A DNA stretch of 64,000 nucleotides from Candidatus Doudnabacteria bacterium (GTDB lineage Bacteria > Patescibacteriota > Doudnabacteria > UBA920), in NCBI GenBank assembly GCA_023245995.1, contig JAHFJH010000003.1, positions 1,585 through 65,584 on the forward strand, written 5' to 3'. Positions within the stretch are counted from its first letter, which is position 1, and every line of letters starts with the position of its first letter. The notes under the pieces were generated by a model. It was not told the origin of the DNA. It ran no database searches and saw only the letters and a program-made list of their open reading frames with translations. Of the stretch, positions 47,239 through 57,198 are shown one piece after another. The position numbers were made by a program, and so were the translations under genes.

Positions 47239-49503
47239 CTACCTATGTCCATGAGAACTGCCACGTCCACCTCGGTCGTGACTTCCACTGTGACCTCCAC
47301 CACTAAATGGCCTGCGCGGCGGGCGGGAGTCAAAGTTATTGCTCTGCGATGCAGCTAACTGCTCAGGCGTGGCTTCTAGCGCAAATGGTTTATGAGTTAG
47401 GTTTACCCGGCCTTGGTCATCTATTTCACTAACCTGCACTTTAAGCTTGTCGCCAACATTTACTACATCTTCCACGCGGTTAACTCGGTAGTTTGCAAGC
47501 TGAGAAATATGCACCAAACCTTCTTTGCCGGGTAGCACTTCCACAAACGCCCCAAAGTCCATAAGTCTGGTTACAGTACCTTCATAAACTTCACCGGCTT
47601 CTACTTCTTTAACTATATTTTGAATCCACTCAACTGCCTTCTTTGAAGCTTCAGCGTCAGCAGATACAACCATCACCTGACCACTGTCCTCTATGTCTAT
47701 TTTTACACCCGTGGCGGCAATAATTGCATTTATAACTTTTCCACCAGTACCAATAACTTCGCGAATCTTGTCTGGCTTTATAAAGAAGCTGGTAATGCGC
47801 GGCGCGTACTTGGACATTTCCGTACGTGGCGCAGAGAGTGCTTCTTTCATTTTGGAAATTATGTGCATGCGTCCAGGCTTGGCCTGCAAAATAGCCTTAG
47901 CCAAAATTTCCGGTGTTAAACCCTTAACTTTTATGTCCATTTGCATGGCGCTTACGCCTTTTTCGTTTCCGGTAACTTTAAAGTCCATGTGTCCGTTAAA
48001 GTCTTCAATACCGGCAATATCTGTAAGCACTTTAAAGTTACTTGGGTTGCTTTCGTCCATTACAAGACCCATGGCAACCCCACCAATAATTTCGGTTATA
48101 GGTACACCTGCGTCCATAAGTGCAAGACTTGAACCGCAAGTGCTTGCCATGGAAGTAGAGCCGTTGCTTGCAATAGCCTCACTCACCAAACGCATAGTGT
48201 AAGGGAAATCTTCTGAGGCAGGAAGTGCGCCGGAAGCCTCTATAGCTTTTTCTGCAAGTGCACCATGGCCAATTTCACGGCGACCAGGACCCCTAAGTGG
48301 CGAAACTTCACCCACCGAGTACCCAGGCATGTTGTAATGGTGAATATAGCGCTTGGCAGTTCCGTCGACCGGGTCTTCTATGCCGTCTAACATTTGTTCG
48401 TCACTTTTACTTCCGAGTGTAACCACAGTAAGTACCTGCGTTTCACCACGAGTAAAAAGTGCGGAACCATGCGTACGTGGAAGTATGCCCACTTCGCAAA
48501 TTACTTCGCGTGTCTCGTCTAAGCGCCTGCCATCTACCCGACGTTCATTTTCCAAAATTTGCTTTTGCTGATACTTCTTTAAAACCTTATCTATACACTC
48601 GTTTACTTCCCGCTCAATGTTTACTTTTTCCAAACCTTCTGGGAAGCTGGCTGTAACTTTTTCAAAAATAGATTTTATGAGCGCGTTAATGTGTTCTTCA
48701 CGCTCGTCTTTGCTTTTTACATAAACTGCCTGCTCAATTTGCTCTGAAGTTAACAACTCTTTTACTTTTGCCATAACTTGTTCGTTTGGCAAAATATACG
48801 TACCCTCGCGGGACGGTTTTCCTGCTTGCGCTTTAAAGTCATGCTGTACTTGTGCCAAAGTCTTCAAAAATCCTTGCGCAAATTCCACACCGCCAATTAT
48901 TTCTTCTTCGCTTACAAGTTTAGCGCCGGCTTCTATCATCATTATATGTTCGCCCGTTCCAGACACAACTAAATCCAACGTACTCACACTACGTTGTTCG
49001 TGGGTTGGATTTACAACATACTGCCCATCTATTTTTCCAACACGCACCGCAGACACTGGTCCGTCGTAAGGTATGCCCGACAGCATAAGCGCCATGCTTC
49101 CTGCCGTTACAGCTAGCATGTCTGGGTCGTTTTCACCGTCTACAGAAAGCACGGTTACAACAATCTGAACATCGTTGCGCATACCGTCGCGAAATAGAGG
49201 CCGAAGTGTTCGGTCTATAACCCTACCTGTTAAAATAGCGTCGTCTGTTGCTCTGCCTTCGCGCTTTATCCAACGGCTACCTTTAATTTTACCCGCTGCA
49301 TAAAGCCGTTCTTCATAGTCCACCAAAAGTGGAAAATAATTCATACCTTCACGAGCCTTAGCACTCATAACCGCGGTTGCCAGTACTACTGTATCGCCAA
49401 GACGCGCTAAAACCGCCGCATCTGCCTGACGAGCCATGCGCCCAGTTTCAAAACTCATAGTAGCCTCACCCACCACGCACGATATAACCTTTTTTTCTAA
49501 CAT
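47239..49503 (-). CDS. pnp: polynucleotide phosphorylase
   Basis: Two RNase PH domains, KH and S1 domains, plus an RG-rich C-terminal tail (RPPRRPFSGGGHSGSHDRGGRGSSHGHR). 754 aa. Confidence 0.95.
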   Translation of the reverse strand: MLEKKVISCVVGEATMSFETGRMARQADAAVLARLGDTVVLATAVMSAKAREGMNYFPLLVDYEERLYAAGKIKGSRWIKREGRATDDAILTGRVIDRTLRPLFRDGMRNDVQIVVTVLSVDGENDPDMLAVTAGSMALMLSGIPYDGPVSAVRVGKIDGQYVVNPTHEQRSVSTLDLVVSGTGEHIMMIEAGAKLVSEEEIIGGVEFAQGFLKTLAQVQHDFKAQAGKPSREGTYILPNEQVMAKVKELLTSEQIEQAVYVKSKDEREEHINALIKSIFEKVTASFPEGLEKVNIEREVNECIDKVLKKYQQKQILENERRVDGRRLDETREVICEVGILPRTHGSALFTRGETQVLTVVTLGSKSDEQMLDGIEDPVDGTAKRYIHHYNMPGYSVGEVSPLRGPGRREIGHGALAEKAIEASGALPASEDFPYTMRLVSEAIASNGSTSMASTCGSSLALMDAGVPITEIIGGVAMGLVMDESNPSNFKVLTDIAGIEDFNGHMDFKVTGNEKGVSAMQMDIKVKGLTPEILAKAILQAKPGRMHIISKMKEALSAPRTEMSKYAPRITSFFIKPDKIREVIGTGGKVINAIIAATGVKIDIEDSGQVMVVSADAEASKKAVEWIQNIVKEVEAGEVYEGTVTRLMDFGAFVEVLPGKEGLVHISQLANYRVNRVEDVVNVGDKLKVQVSEIDDQGRVNLTHKPFALEATPEQLAASQSNNFDSRPPRRPFSGGGHSGSHDRGGRGSSHGHR

Positions 49504-49678
49504 TGTTTTACCTTTCTTGCCTCGCCAAAGCTTTCTTAAGCGAAGGCGGGCTTACCACGCCCCAGTCCAGACTAGCTGAACAAAGGCGGGTTTTCGTCGG
49601 TGCTACACAAGTAAACGATGACTAAAGAGTAGTCTTCGCGTTATCTGCATACCACCAACGATTAATTATAAATTGTTA

Positions 49679-49718
49679 GTAGTCCGTTGTGGATACCTAG
49701 TACCTACAACGGACTACT
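49679..49718 (-). promoter_or_regulatory. perfect 11-bp-stem hairpin in the rpsO-pnp intergenic region (candidate RNase III site or attenuator)
   Basis: gtagtccgttg-tggatacctagtaccta-caacggactac. It sits between the end of ORF 49729..50103 and the pnp leader. Confidence 0.5.
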
Positions 49719-49728
49719 ACAAACTGAC

Positions 49729-50103
49729 TTATGTTACATTCTTAAAAAACTCTTCAGCGTCAGGAGTACTACTATACACAATATGTTCTGCATTTGTAAG
49801 CTTCCGACCAGCCTGCGCAGTAGATGCTACTCCCTTGTGGTTATACCAATGGCGCCAACGGTCACGAAACTGTATGAAACTGCTAGAACCGTCCTCACCG
49901 TAAGTCTCATGTATAACTTCGTACTTTATTCTATTTGCAATAGCAATAAAGTCGCTACGCTGTTCAAGCGTTAAACTGCCATTAGTTTTGAAAACACGGT
50001 TCAACTCTTGAATTAAGCCATCCTCCGAAATACGCTTCACGATTTGCTCTGCCAAGTCAAACCACTCGCGTTCAAATATTTTTGGATCCGCGTCGTGACT
50101 CAT
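49729..50103 (-). CDS. hypothetical protein between rpsO and pnp
   Basis: 124-aa ORF starting 1 nt after rpsO. No motif recognised. Confidence 0.4.
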   Translation of the reverse strand: MSHDADPKIFEREWFDLAEQIVKRISEDGLIQELNRVFKTNGSLTLEQRSDFIAIANRIKYEVIHETYGEDGSSSFIQFRDRWRHWYNHKGVASTAQAGRKLTNAEHIVYSSTPDAEEFFKNVT

Positions 50104-50104
50104 A

Positions 50105-50431
50105 TTATTCTACTTCTTCTGGTGCGGGTTTCACCGGAGCCATTTTTGCAGGAGCAGCTGTCATGGCTACTTTAATTTTTAAGCGTTCTACCAATTTTTC
50201 AAAGCGCTTGGCGTCTTCTTGGCGTAAATATCGCAGGAGTCGACGGCGGTTGCCTACCATCTTCAAAAGTCCGCGCCTTGAGTGGTTGTCTTTTCTATGT
50301 ACCTTCAAGTGCTCACTTACGTCTTCTATTTCTTTGGTTAAAATAGCGATCTGCACTTCTGGACTGCCAGTGTCGTCTTTATGCGTACGAAATTTCTTTA
50401 TTATGGCGTCCTTATCTTGTTTACTTAGCAT
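50105..50431 (-). CDS. rpsO: 30S ribosomal protein S15 (with a short C-terminal extension)
   Basis: ...[48 protein letters not shown]... Canonical S15 core plus an A/P-rich tail. Confidence 0.9.
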   Translation of the reverse strand: MLSKQDKDAIIKKFRTHKDDTGSPEVQIAILTKEIEDVSEHLKVHRKDNHSRRGLLKMVGNRRRLLRYLRQEDAKRFEKLVERLKIKVAMTAAPAKMAPVKPAPEEVE

Positions 50432-50757
50432 GTATATTCCTTCGAGCCCACAATTGCCTCATCTCGGGAGGGCACTGCCCGCCGTAGTCTTGGCGAAGGA
50501 GGGTCTGCACGAAACCAGCTGCTTAAAGTCCGGTCCGTGGATTAATTAAACGTATTATACCAGTTTTACAGCTTTTTTAGCAAATGCAAACATTATGTAA
50601 TGTATACTATATATATGCTCAGTAAAGCTTTTTTGCACAACTTGAAAATTGTCCATAAATTGTAGAAGCCAAACCTGAGTAGTTAAATTATTATATTTAA
50701 ATTGCAGTTATAAAAATAACCGTTTACTAGGACAATTGCAAAGAAGTCTTACTGGGT

Positions 50758-51753
50758 ATGCAAGATAATGTAGAAAAAAATAGGCTACAAAAATACATTC
50801 GCGAGTTTCTGGAGTACTGTGAGATAGAAAAAAATAAGAGCAACCGAACTATTAGCAACTACGAACACTACCTTGGCAGATTTAGTAAATTTGCTAGCTC
50901 AGAAAGCGTAACTAAACCTGAGCAAATCAAATTGGAACTCGTCCGCAAGTACAGGCTCTACTTAAACAGATATGTAGACGATAAGGGCAACAAGTTAAAG
51001 CTCATCACCCAGAACTACCATGTAATAGCCCTCCGGGCTTTCCTTAAATACTTAAGTAAGAACGATATAGAAACTCTTGCACCAGAAAAAATAGAACTTG
51101 CAAAAAACCCTAGCCGCCAAATAGAAGCCCTAGAGCAAGACGAACTTGCAGGAGTAATGCAAGCAGTCGGCCAGGAACAAGAAGAAATTTTACGCCTGCG
51201 CGACCGCGCCATTTTGCTTACTCTATTTTCTACCGGTGTTCGTATAAGCGAACTAACTGCGCTAAAACGAGAAATGGTCAACGTAGACCGCGGCGAATTT
51301 ACCGTGCGGGGAAAAGGTGACAAACTACGTCTAGTATTTCTTTCACCCGATGCAGCAAACGCAATAAAGGCATATTTAAAAAAACGGATAGATAACCATC
51401 CGGGACTATTTATTGCCCACTCCAACATAGGAAAAGGTAAAGCAATGGAAGCAGAAATAACAGCGCAAGGTTTTAAGCGCTCGGAAAAAAACGACGGCAA
51501 GGCAGCTGGTCTATCGGCTAGAAGTATACAAAGACTTATACATAAGTACGCAATGCTTGCTGGCATTACCCACCACGTATCCCCTCACACTTTTCGCCAT
51601 AGCTTCGCAACAGATCTTTTGAGAAACGGCGCGGACATTCGAAGTGTACAAACCATGCTTGGCCACGCTAGCATTACCACAACACAAATTTACACCCATG
51701 TCACAAACGAAGGCCTACGCGAAATTCACAAAAAATTCCACGATAAAAAATAG
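50758..51753 (+). CDS. tyrosine site-specific recombinase (XerC/XerD / phage-integrase family)
   Basis: Catalytic residues in context: ...RDRAILLTLFSTGVRISEL..., HTFRHSFATDLLRNGADIRSVQTMLGHASITTTQIYTHV (R..H-R-H...Y). Confidence 0.85.
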   Translation: MQDNVEKNRLQKYIREFLEYCEIEKNKSNRTISNYEHYLGRFSKFASSESVTKPEQIKLELVRKYRLYLNRYVDDKGNKLKLITQNYHVIALRAFLKYLSKNDIETLAPEKIELAKNPSRQIEALEQDELAGVMQAVGQEQEEILRLRDRAILLTLFSTGVRISELTALKREMVNVDRGEFTVRGKGDKLRLVFLSPDAANAIKAYLKKRIDNHPGLFIAHSNIGKGKAMEAEITAQGFKRSEKNDGKAAGLSARSIQRLIHKYAMLAGITHHVSPHTFRHSFATDLLRNGADIRSVQTMLGHASITTTQIYTHVTNEGLREIHKKFHDKK

Positions 51754-51760
51754 CTTGATA

Positions 51761-52726
51761 TTAAGAATTAACCAGATTGGTAATCAAAGATGAAACCAAG
51801 TAACTCAGGCGTTTAGTATCGTGTCGTGCTATTGAATTATCAGTCCACAAATCAGCAGAAACCACACGCTCGTCGGTGCTATCTTTGGACCCACAAATTA
51901 TAGGATACTTACGCTCTGCCGCGTATTGCTGTAAAACTTCGTCTGAGGGAACTTGTGTATTCACTACGGCTTTGGCTATAGACCTACCGACATAAGATTC
52001 TAGTATATGTATGAGAGACTCTACAGTGCATCCTTGCATACCAGCACCCTCGGTTAACAAATTTGTAATGTATATTATTGGAGCATGTGAACTGACTATC
52101 GCCTCACGGACACCGTCTGGCAGCAAGTTAGGCAAAACGCTTGTGTAGAAACTACCAGGGCCCAAACATATAACTTGTGCGTTACGGATAGCAGCTAGGG
52201 CAGTATCTGATGCAGATACGGATTGTTCTAAATACAACTTTTCAACTACTTTGCCTTCGTATATCCCTACATCTACACTGGTTTCAGTCTTAAATACTTC
52301 GCCATCTGTATACCGAGCACATAAAACACTATGCTCATAGGTAATAGGAATAACCGTGCCTTTTACGGATAATAGTTGAGATAGTGCTACAACAGCCTCA
52401 GAAAAACTTCCGTAAACTTTCTCCAGTCCCAACAATAAAATGTTGCCTCCGGTATGCCCATTGTATTGAGGGTTGCGAATACGCCGCAATAAGATATCTC
52501 TGGCTTCCTGAGTATTTTCCGATAAAGCCAAAACACATTTAAGCACATCTCCCTGAGGGAGTGTACCAAACTTGTCTTTTAATTCGCCAGAACTACCACC
52601 CGTATCAAACATATTAACAAGCGCAGAAAGCTGAAGCCATGGATTATCTTTTAAACTGGTAAGTAGTGATGGCAAACCAGTTCCGCCGCCAATGCAAACC
52701 ACCTGTATGGGAGATATTTGTCGCAT
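51761..52726 (-). CDS. YvcK/CofD-family (UPF0052, gluconeogenesis factor-like) protein
   Basis: VVCIGGGTGLPSLL...NMFDTGGSSGEL are characteristic motifs of the CofD/YvcK family. Confidence 0.8.
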   Translation of the reverse strand: MRQISPIQVVCIGGGTGLPSLLTSLKDNPWLQLSALVNMFDTGGSSGELKDKFGTLPQGDVLKCVLALSENTQEARDILLRRIRNPQYNGHTGGNILLLGLEKVYGSFSEAVVALSQLLSVKGTVIPITYEHSVLCARYTDGEVFKTETSVDVGIYEGKVVEKLYLEQSVSASDTALAAIRNAQVICLGPGSFYTSVLPNLLPDGVREAIVSSHAPIIYITNLLTEGAGMQGCTVESLIHILESYVGRSIAKAVVNTQVPSDEVLQQYAAERKYPIICGSKDSTDERVVSADLWTDNSIARHDTKRLSYLVSSLITNLVNS

Positions 52727-52910
52727 ATATGTATTTAAAGAAATTAAATTGATATATTCTAATACCAGTATATTAAGTTAACTAATTTAAGCGGTCAAAA
52801 TCTAATTTGTAAAATTCATTATTCAGATAGTTGTAGCTTGTAATAGGTAACTTTTCATGCAACTAATAGATTATCCTTTTTAGTGGCGCAAAAACATAAA
52901 ACCGCGCAAA

Positions 52911-52976
52911 TTTACACCAACATACCAACGAAGGCCTACGCGAAATTCACAAAAAATTCCACGATAAAAAATAATA
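52911..52976 (+). repeat. degenerate duplicate of the recombinase gene's last ~65 nt
   Basis: tttacacc..acgaaggcctacgcgaaattcacaaaaaattccacgataaaaaata is almost identical to 51690-51753 (the 3' end of the Xer gene). It has a 1-nt length difference, so it is out of frame. Confidence 0.7.
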
Positions 52977-53103
52977 GAACAACTTTAATATACAAAAGAT
53001 AATCTAAACCATGCGCTTGGTCAGTATTATAGAACTTTACAAAGAAGATTAAATTCTGCAAAATACATGCACCTGATACCTAAGTACGGTCAGGCTATTT
53101 TTT

Positions 53104-53349
53104 ATGGGGGACAAGCGAATAGCGACAGTTAGAGTTATTGTTATCACAGCAGTGCGGTATGCAAAAGGAGTAGAAGCGAACCTCAACGGCGGGGTAAATT
53201 TTTCTTGGGCAGAGGCAGAAAAATTCAACGCTTCATTGGCGCAACAATCCAACGCATCTTTCACTATTGACGGAGATTCCGAATACACAATTGATGAGCT
53301 ATCGGATATGCTAGCCACGCTTTATGCGTCCGCCAGTCGCGGAATGTGA
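53104..53349 (+). CDS. hypothetical small protein
   Basis: 81-aa ORF ending just before a strong convergent terminator hairpin. Confidence 0.3.
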   Translation: MGDKRIATVRVIVITAVRYAKGVEANLNGGVNFSWAEAEKFNASLAQQSNASFTIDGDSEYTIDELSDMLATLYASASRGM

Positions 53350-53360
53350 AACAACCAAAT

Positions 53361-53404
53361 AGAGTCTGACTGGAATACCTCTGTACAAATTCCAGTCAGA
53401 CTCT
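53361..53404. terminator. 16-bp perfect inverted repeat (bidirectional terminator between convergent genes)
   Basis: agagtctgactggaat-acctctgtacaa-attccagtcagactct. Confidence 0.55.
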
Positions 53405-53412
53405 CAAACAAA

Positions 53413-54039
53413 TTATCTTTTAATCTTAAACAATTTGAACAAAGCAATTCTGCTTTGTTTATTTTTTAGGACGTGATAAATTCCAGGAGAAATAGAAAGG
53501 AAAATAATTATAACTATTCCTGGAACAATATATTTTTCTACATTGGGCACTGTTGTGCCTAGCCAAAAACCAAGCAGGGTTAGACCTATAGCCCAAAGTA
53601 GCGTGCCGACTACGCTATAAACCAAAAACAAACCATATCGCATGCGTGAAAGACCCGCTACCACCGGACTAAAAGTTCTAACAACAGGCACGAAGCGAGC
53701 TATAACCACCGCCTTGCCACCGTGTCGCTCAAAAAACTCGTGACTACGACGCAAATGATCTGGATTAAAAAATATAGACTTGGGTCGAGTAAACAATTTA
53801 GGTCCAGCCAGTTTACCAATATGGTAACCTAAGTTGTCTCCAATAAATGCCGCGACAAACAAACCTAAACACAACCACCAAATATTAAGGTAACCCTGCG
53901 AAGCTAAAATACCTGCAGTAAAAAGCAAACTATCCCCTGGCAAGAAAAAACCAACAAGGAGTCCTGTCTCGGCAAAAATTATTCCAAAAACGCCTATGTA
54001 ACCTGCAGTTTTAACTAACGAGGGAACGTCTATAAACAT
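53413..54039 (-). CDS. DedA-family (VTT domain) membrane protein
   Basis: ...GVFGIIFAETGLLVGFFLPGDSLLFTAG... is the DedA signature. 208 aa. Confidence 0.8.
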   Translation of the reverse strand: MFIDVPSLVKTAGYIGVFGIIFAETGLLVGFFLPGDSLLFTAGILASQGYLNIWWLCLGLFVAAFIGDNLGYHIGKLAGPKLFTRPKSIFFNPDHLRRSHEFFERHGGKAVVIARFVPVVRTFSPVVAGLSRMRYGLFLVYSVVGTLLWAIGLTLLGFWLGTTVPNVEKYIVPGIVIIIFLSISPGIYHVLKNKQSRIALFKLFKIKR

Positions 54040-54157
54040 AAGAGCAGTCTAATGATAAAAGATTATAATGAATGCCTCTAAAGTATAACAGAGAAATTAA
54101 AGAAAATTTAAGCCTTGATAAACTCAAAGAAATTCATTATAATAGCGTAGCAGTAAG

Positions 54158-54234
54158 GGCCTCGTAGCTCAGCTGGATAGAGCGTCAGCTTGCGGAGCTG
54201 AAGGTCGCAGGTTCAAATCCCGCCGAGGTCACCA
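54158..54234 (+). tRNA. tRNA-Arg (anticodon GCG as read)
   Basis: GGCCTCG/CGAGGTC acceptor stem, D-arm GTAGCTCAGCTGGATAGAGC (Arg-like), anticodon loop TTGCGGA, T-loop TTCAAAT, CCA encoded. Confidence 0.7.
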
Positions 54235-54237
54235 TAA

Positions 54238-54269
54238 TAAATCCCGCATTGACGGGATTTATTTTTAAA
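54238..54269 (+). terminator. intrinsic terminator after tRNA-Arg
   Basis: aaatcccg-cattga-cgggattt followed by atttttaaa. Confidence 0.5.
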
Positions 54270-54310
54270 CTATTTGCTAGTACCGTTACACTATATATAA
54301 TATAAATATA

Positions 54311-54385
54311 CGCCCTTGTAGCTCAATGGATAGAGCAGTGCTCTTCTAAGGCATTGATGTTGGTTCGATTCCAACCGAGGGCACC
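54311..54385 (+). tRNA. tRNA-Arg (anticodon UCU)
   Basis: GCCCTTG/CGAGGGC acceptor stem, D-arm GCTCAATGGATAGAGC, anticodon stem GTGCT/GGCAT with loop CTTCTAA, T-arm GTTGG-TTCGATT-CCAAC, CCA encoded. Confidence 0.85.
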
Positions 54386-54422
54386 ATTCGACTCGCGTTT
54401 CGTAAAACCTCAACACTCGCTC

Positions 54423-54737
54423 ATGGTCTACGACGAGCAGCAAAGTACTAAGTTTATACATAATAAAGTCGAATGCCCTGTCGTTCGAGACCCTGAGGGG
54501 TCCTCAGACCCTCGAAGGGAGCCTGTCGAAGGACAATACTATTTTTACATTCTGGAATGCAAAGATTCATCATTATATTGTGGCTCTTCAAATAATTTAA
54601 GCACTAGATTGCATACACACAACATAGGCAAGGCCGCTGAATGGACAGCTATCCGCAGACCTCTTCAACTTGTATACTACGAAAGCTACTATACATTAGT
54701 AGGTGCTCGCAAACGAGAACAGCAGGTAAAGGGTTGA
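54423..54737 (+). CDS. GIY-YIG (YhbQ/UPF0213-like) small nuclease
   Basis: YYFYILECKDSSLYCGSSNNLSTRLHTHNIGKAAEWTAIRRPLQLVYYESYYTLVGARKREQQVKG. The GIY-YIG motifs (Y..Y, G.T.[DN]L..R...H) are intact. Start set to MVYDEQQ, because the track ORF's N-terminus overlaps tRNA-Arg. Confidence 0.7.
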   Translation: MVYDEQQSTKFIHNKVECPVVRDPEGSSDPRREPVEGQYYFYILECKDSSLYCGSSNNLSTRLHTHNIGKAAEWTAIRRPLQLVYYESYYTLVGARKREQQVKG

Positions 54738-54787
54738 AGTAAAAAGAAAAAAGAATATTTAATAAACCATAAGTGGGGTAAACTATA

Positions 54788-55405
54788 ATGCTTAAAATAT
54801 ACCTTGCAAGACATGGACAGGACCAAGACAACGCAGCAGGCATTTTAAACGGTCATAGAAACATGCCGCTTACAGAAATTGGATTTGAACAAGCGCGAAC
54901 TGTAGCAACTAAAATAAAAGACGCGAATTTACATTTCGATGCAGTTTACACCTCGCCTCTTCTACGCGCCAAACAAACTGCAAATACAATAGTACAAAGC
55001 ATTGGTGGACCTACCCCAATTCCTTTAGAAAACCTTATAGAAAGAAATTTTGGGTGTATGAGTGGTAAACCTCAAAACATCATAACTGAAGTTTGTTCGC
55101 CCGATATTATTACAACCAATACTATAGTTTATTTTCTTAATCCTGAAGGCGCAGAAACTTTTCCAGATTTACTCGCGCGTGCAGAAAAATTACTCTTAAG
55201 AATAACCTCGCAGCACACAGAAGGTTCTATACTACTAGTTACCCATGGAGACTTTGGTAAAATGATTTACGCGCAATACTATAACCTACCCTGGCAAGAC
55301 ATACTAACACAGTTTCATTTTGGCAACTCTGAATTACTCCTGTTGAGTCCTGACTCTCCGGCTAACCAAGCGCATGTATTTGAAATAGAGCAGCATAACA
55401 CCTAA
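54788..55405 (+). CDS. histidine phosphatase family protein (phosphoglycerate mutase-like)
   Basis: The N-terminal LARHGQ (RHG catalytic motif) and the C-terminal VTHGDF are characteristic. Confidence 0.75.
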   Translation: MLKIYLARHGQDQDNAAGILNGHRNMPLTEIGFEQARTVATKIKDANLHFDAVYTSPLLRAKQTANTIVQSIGGPTPIPLENLIERNFGCMSGKPQNIITEVCSPDIITTNTIVYFLNPEGAETFPDLLARAEKLLLRITSQHTEGSILLVTHGDFGKMIYAQYYNLPWQDILTQFHFGNSELLLLSPDSPANQAHVFEIEQHNT

Positions 55406-55489
55406 ATTTTTACGAAATCAATCCATACGCTAAAATACTTAGGCCGAGACTAGCTTATGCAAATGATAAAAAAATAGTTGTTAATGCTT

Positions 55490-55855
55490 TTACTTCTCAC
55501 TTTCCGTATCTTCTTTTATTGCTTTTTCAATTACTTCTTCAATAGGCCTGCGGGCAGAAGGGTCGGTGTCACTTACAGGAAAATTGGCGAACTTCATAAA
55601 ATGCCTCACCTTACCACTTGGGTACTCTACTGCAACTGTCATGTCGTGGTCATAAAGCCTGAAGTTATATCCTTCTTGCAACATTCGTTCAGCCATGTCC
55701 TTAATAGGCCGGTAAAATTTCCTTTCACTTTCGGGTTCTTTGGGCACATCAACTCCGGACTCAAACTTTCCAGTAGCCGTTTCAGTTAACTCATGGCCAG
55801 TCGCGTCTAATTTTTCACCCCCACTGCCTAAGGAACTTTGTTCAATATTTACCAT
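55490..55855 (-). CDS. hypothetical protein
   Basis: 121-aa ORF. No motif recognised. Confidence 0.35.
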   Translation of the reverse strand: MVNIEQSSLGSGGEKLDATGHELTETATGKFESGVDVPKEPESERKFYRPIKDMAERMLQEGYNFRLYDHDMTVAVEYPSGKVRHFMKFANFPVSDTDPSARRPIEEVIEKAIKEDTESEK

Positions 55856-55953
55856 ATTTGTATACTTAATTCTATATAACTATTATATACCCGAAATTAC
55901 CTGCACTATAACAGACTTTTGGGTTCGTAAACCACTAAAAATACTTCGAACAA

Positions 55954-56640
55954 ATGGAACCAATTCGCGTGCAAAAATTTTTAAGTGAACGAGGTGTCGC
56001 CTCTAGGCGCAAAGCCGAGGAGTTTATTCGTAGCGGACAGGTAAGCATAAACGGGCGCAGAGCAAAACTTGGGGACAAAATAAATCCCGAAACAGACAAA
56101 ATAACCGTATACGGAAAAGTAGTTGAACATCTGGATGAAAAAATTTATATAGCGCTCAACAAACCAAAAGAATACGTCGTAAGCAAAAGCGACCCGCAAC
56201 ACAGACGGACTATTTTTAAACTCCTGCCCAAAGAACTGCAAAACAAAGTTTGGAATGTAGGTCGTTTAGACTACCATACCGAAGGCCTGCTTATTCTAAC
56301 TAACGACGGAGAACTGACTCAACAACTAGCACACCCATCGAACGAACACGAAAAAGAATATGAAGTGTTGGTAAATATGGCCCCAAATGACGCCCAGCTG
56401 CAACGTCTGCGCGAGGGAGTAGAAATTGCCACGGGTACAACGTATCCGGCAAAAGTAAAAAATAAAGGCACCACCATAAATATTACTATTCATGAAGGCA
56501 AAAAACGCCAAGTTAGACGCATGATAGAAACAGTCGGCCTAAAAGTAAAAAACTTAAAACGCACCCGCATAAATAAACTAAAACTGCCAGATATCCCTCC
56601 CGGACAATATAAGGAAGTACAAAAATCGGATATACTATAA
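55954..56640 (+). CDS. pseudouridine synthase, RsuA/RluB family (S4 domain + catalytic domain)
   Basis: S4-like N-terminus (RVQKFLSERGVASRRKAEEFIRSGQVSING) and the catalytic-Asp motif VGRLDYHTEGLLILTNDGEL. Confidence 0.85.
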   Translation: MEPIRVQKFLSERGVASRRKAEEFIRSGQVSINGRRAKLGDKINPETDKITVYGKVVEHLDEKIYIALNKPKEYVVSKSDPQHRRTIFKLLPKELQNKVWNVGRLDYHTEGLLILTNDGELTQQLAHPSNEHEKEYEVLVNMAPNDAQLQRLREGVEIATGTTYPAKVKNKGTTINITIHEGKKRQVRRMIETVGLKVKNLKRTRINKLKLPDIPPGQYKEVQKSDIL

Positions 56641-56744
56641 TTTTCAAATCTACGAATGAAGACAAAACTACAAATGTCTACGAATAATCCAATACACTAA
56701 TTGTAAGATTTGTAGATATCCGTAAATTTGTTACATTTGTAAAT

Positions 56745-57149
56745 TTGGACCATAAATCTATGAATTTAAACAAAGAAATAAAAACTATACCCTTGCTTAT
56801 AGGACTAACAGCTTGCATGGTGTTAGGCATTATACTTGCGTACTTTTTAGTACCGCACCTGCTACCAAAACAAGTTATAGAGGACACTATAACCATAGGC
56901 GGAAATAAAGTACACAACGAAAACCCAAATAACGTTAATAGCCCTCCACCCAATTTGATTTTACCTTCTAGAGGCACAAGCATAAAACCAACTACGGTAA
57001 CACCAACCGGCACAGACAAACCAAACCAAATATTTTGTGCACAAATAATTACCAAAGGTAAAAATCCTGCCACAGGCGAAATACGTGAGTTTCCCACCCC
57101 CTGCGACGTACCCGAAGGCTGGGAAACATTACCAAGCGGGCTACAATAA
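56745..57149 (+). CDS. hypothetical membrane-anchored protein
   Basis: 134 aa with one TM helix (IPLLIGLTACMVLGIILAYFLV). Preferred over the overlapping antisense ORF 56678..57163. Confidence 0.35.
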   Translation: MDHKSMNLNKEIKTIPLLIGLTACMVLGIILAYFLVPHLLPKQVIEDTITIGGNKVHNENPNNVNSPPPNLILPSRGTSIKPTTVTPTGTDKPNQIFCAQIITKGKNPATGEIREFPTPCDVPEGWETLPSGLQ

Positions 57150-57198
57150 AATATTTTACTCACAATACATAATTCTTAATTCATAAATCTGCAACTCT

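Noticed and set aside
54354-54422. N-terminal 23 codons of the GIY-YIG track ORF (TTG start)
   Set aside because: They overlap the 3' end of tRNA-Arg(UCU). The start was moved to the first ATG beyond the tRNA.
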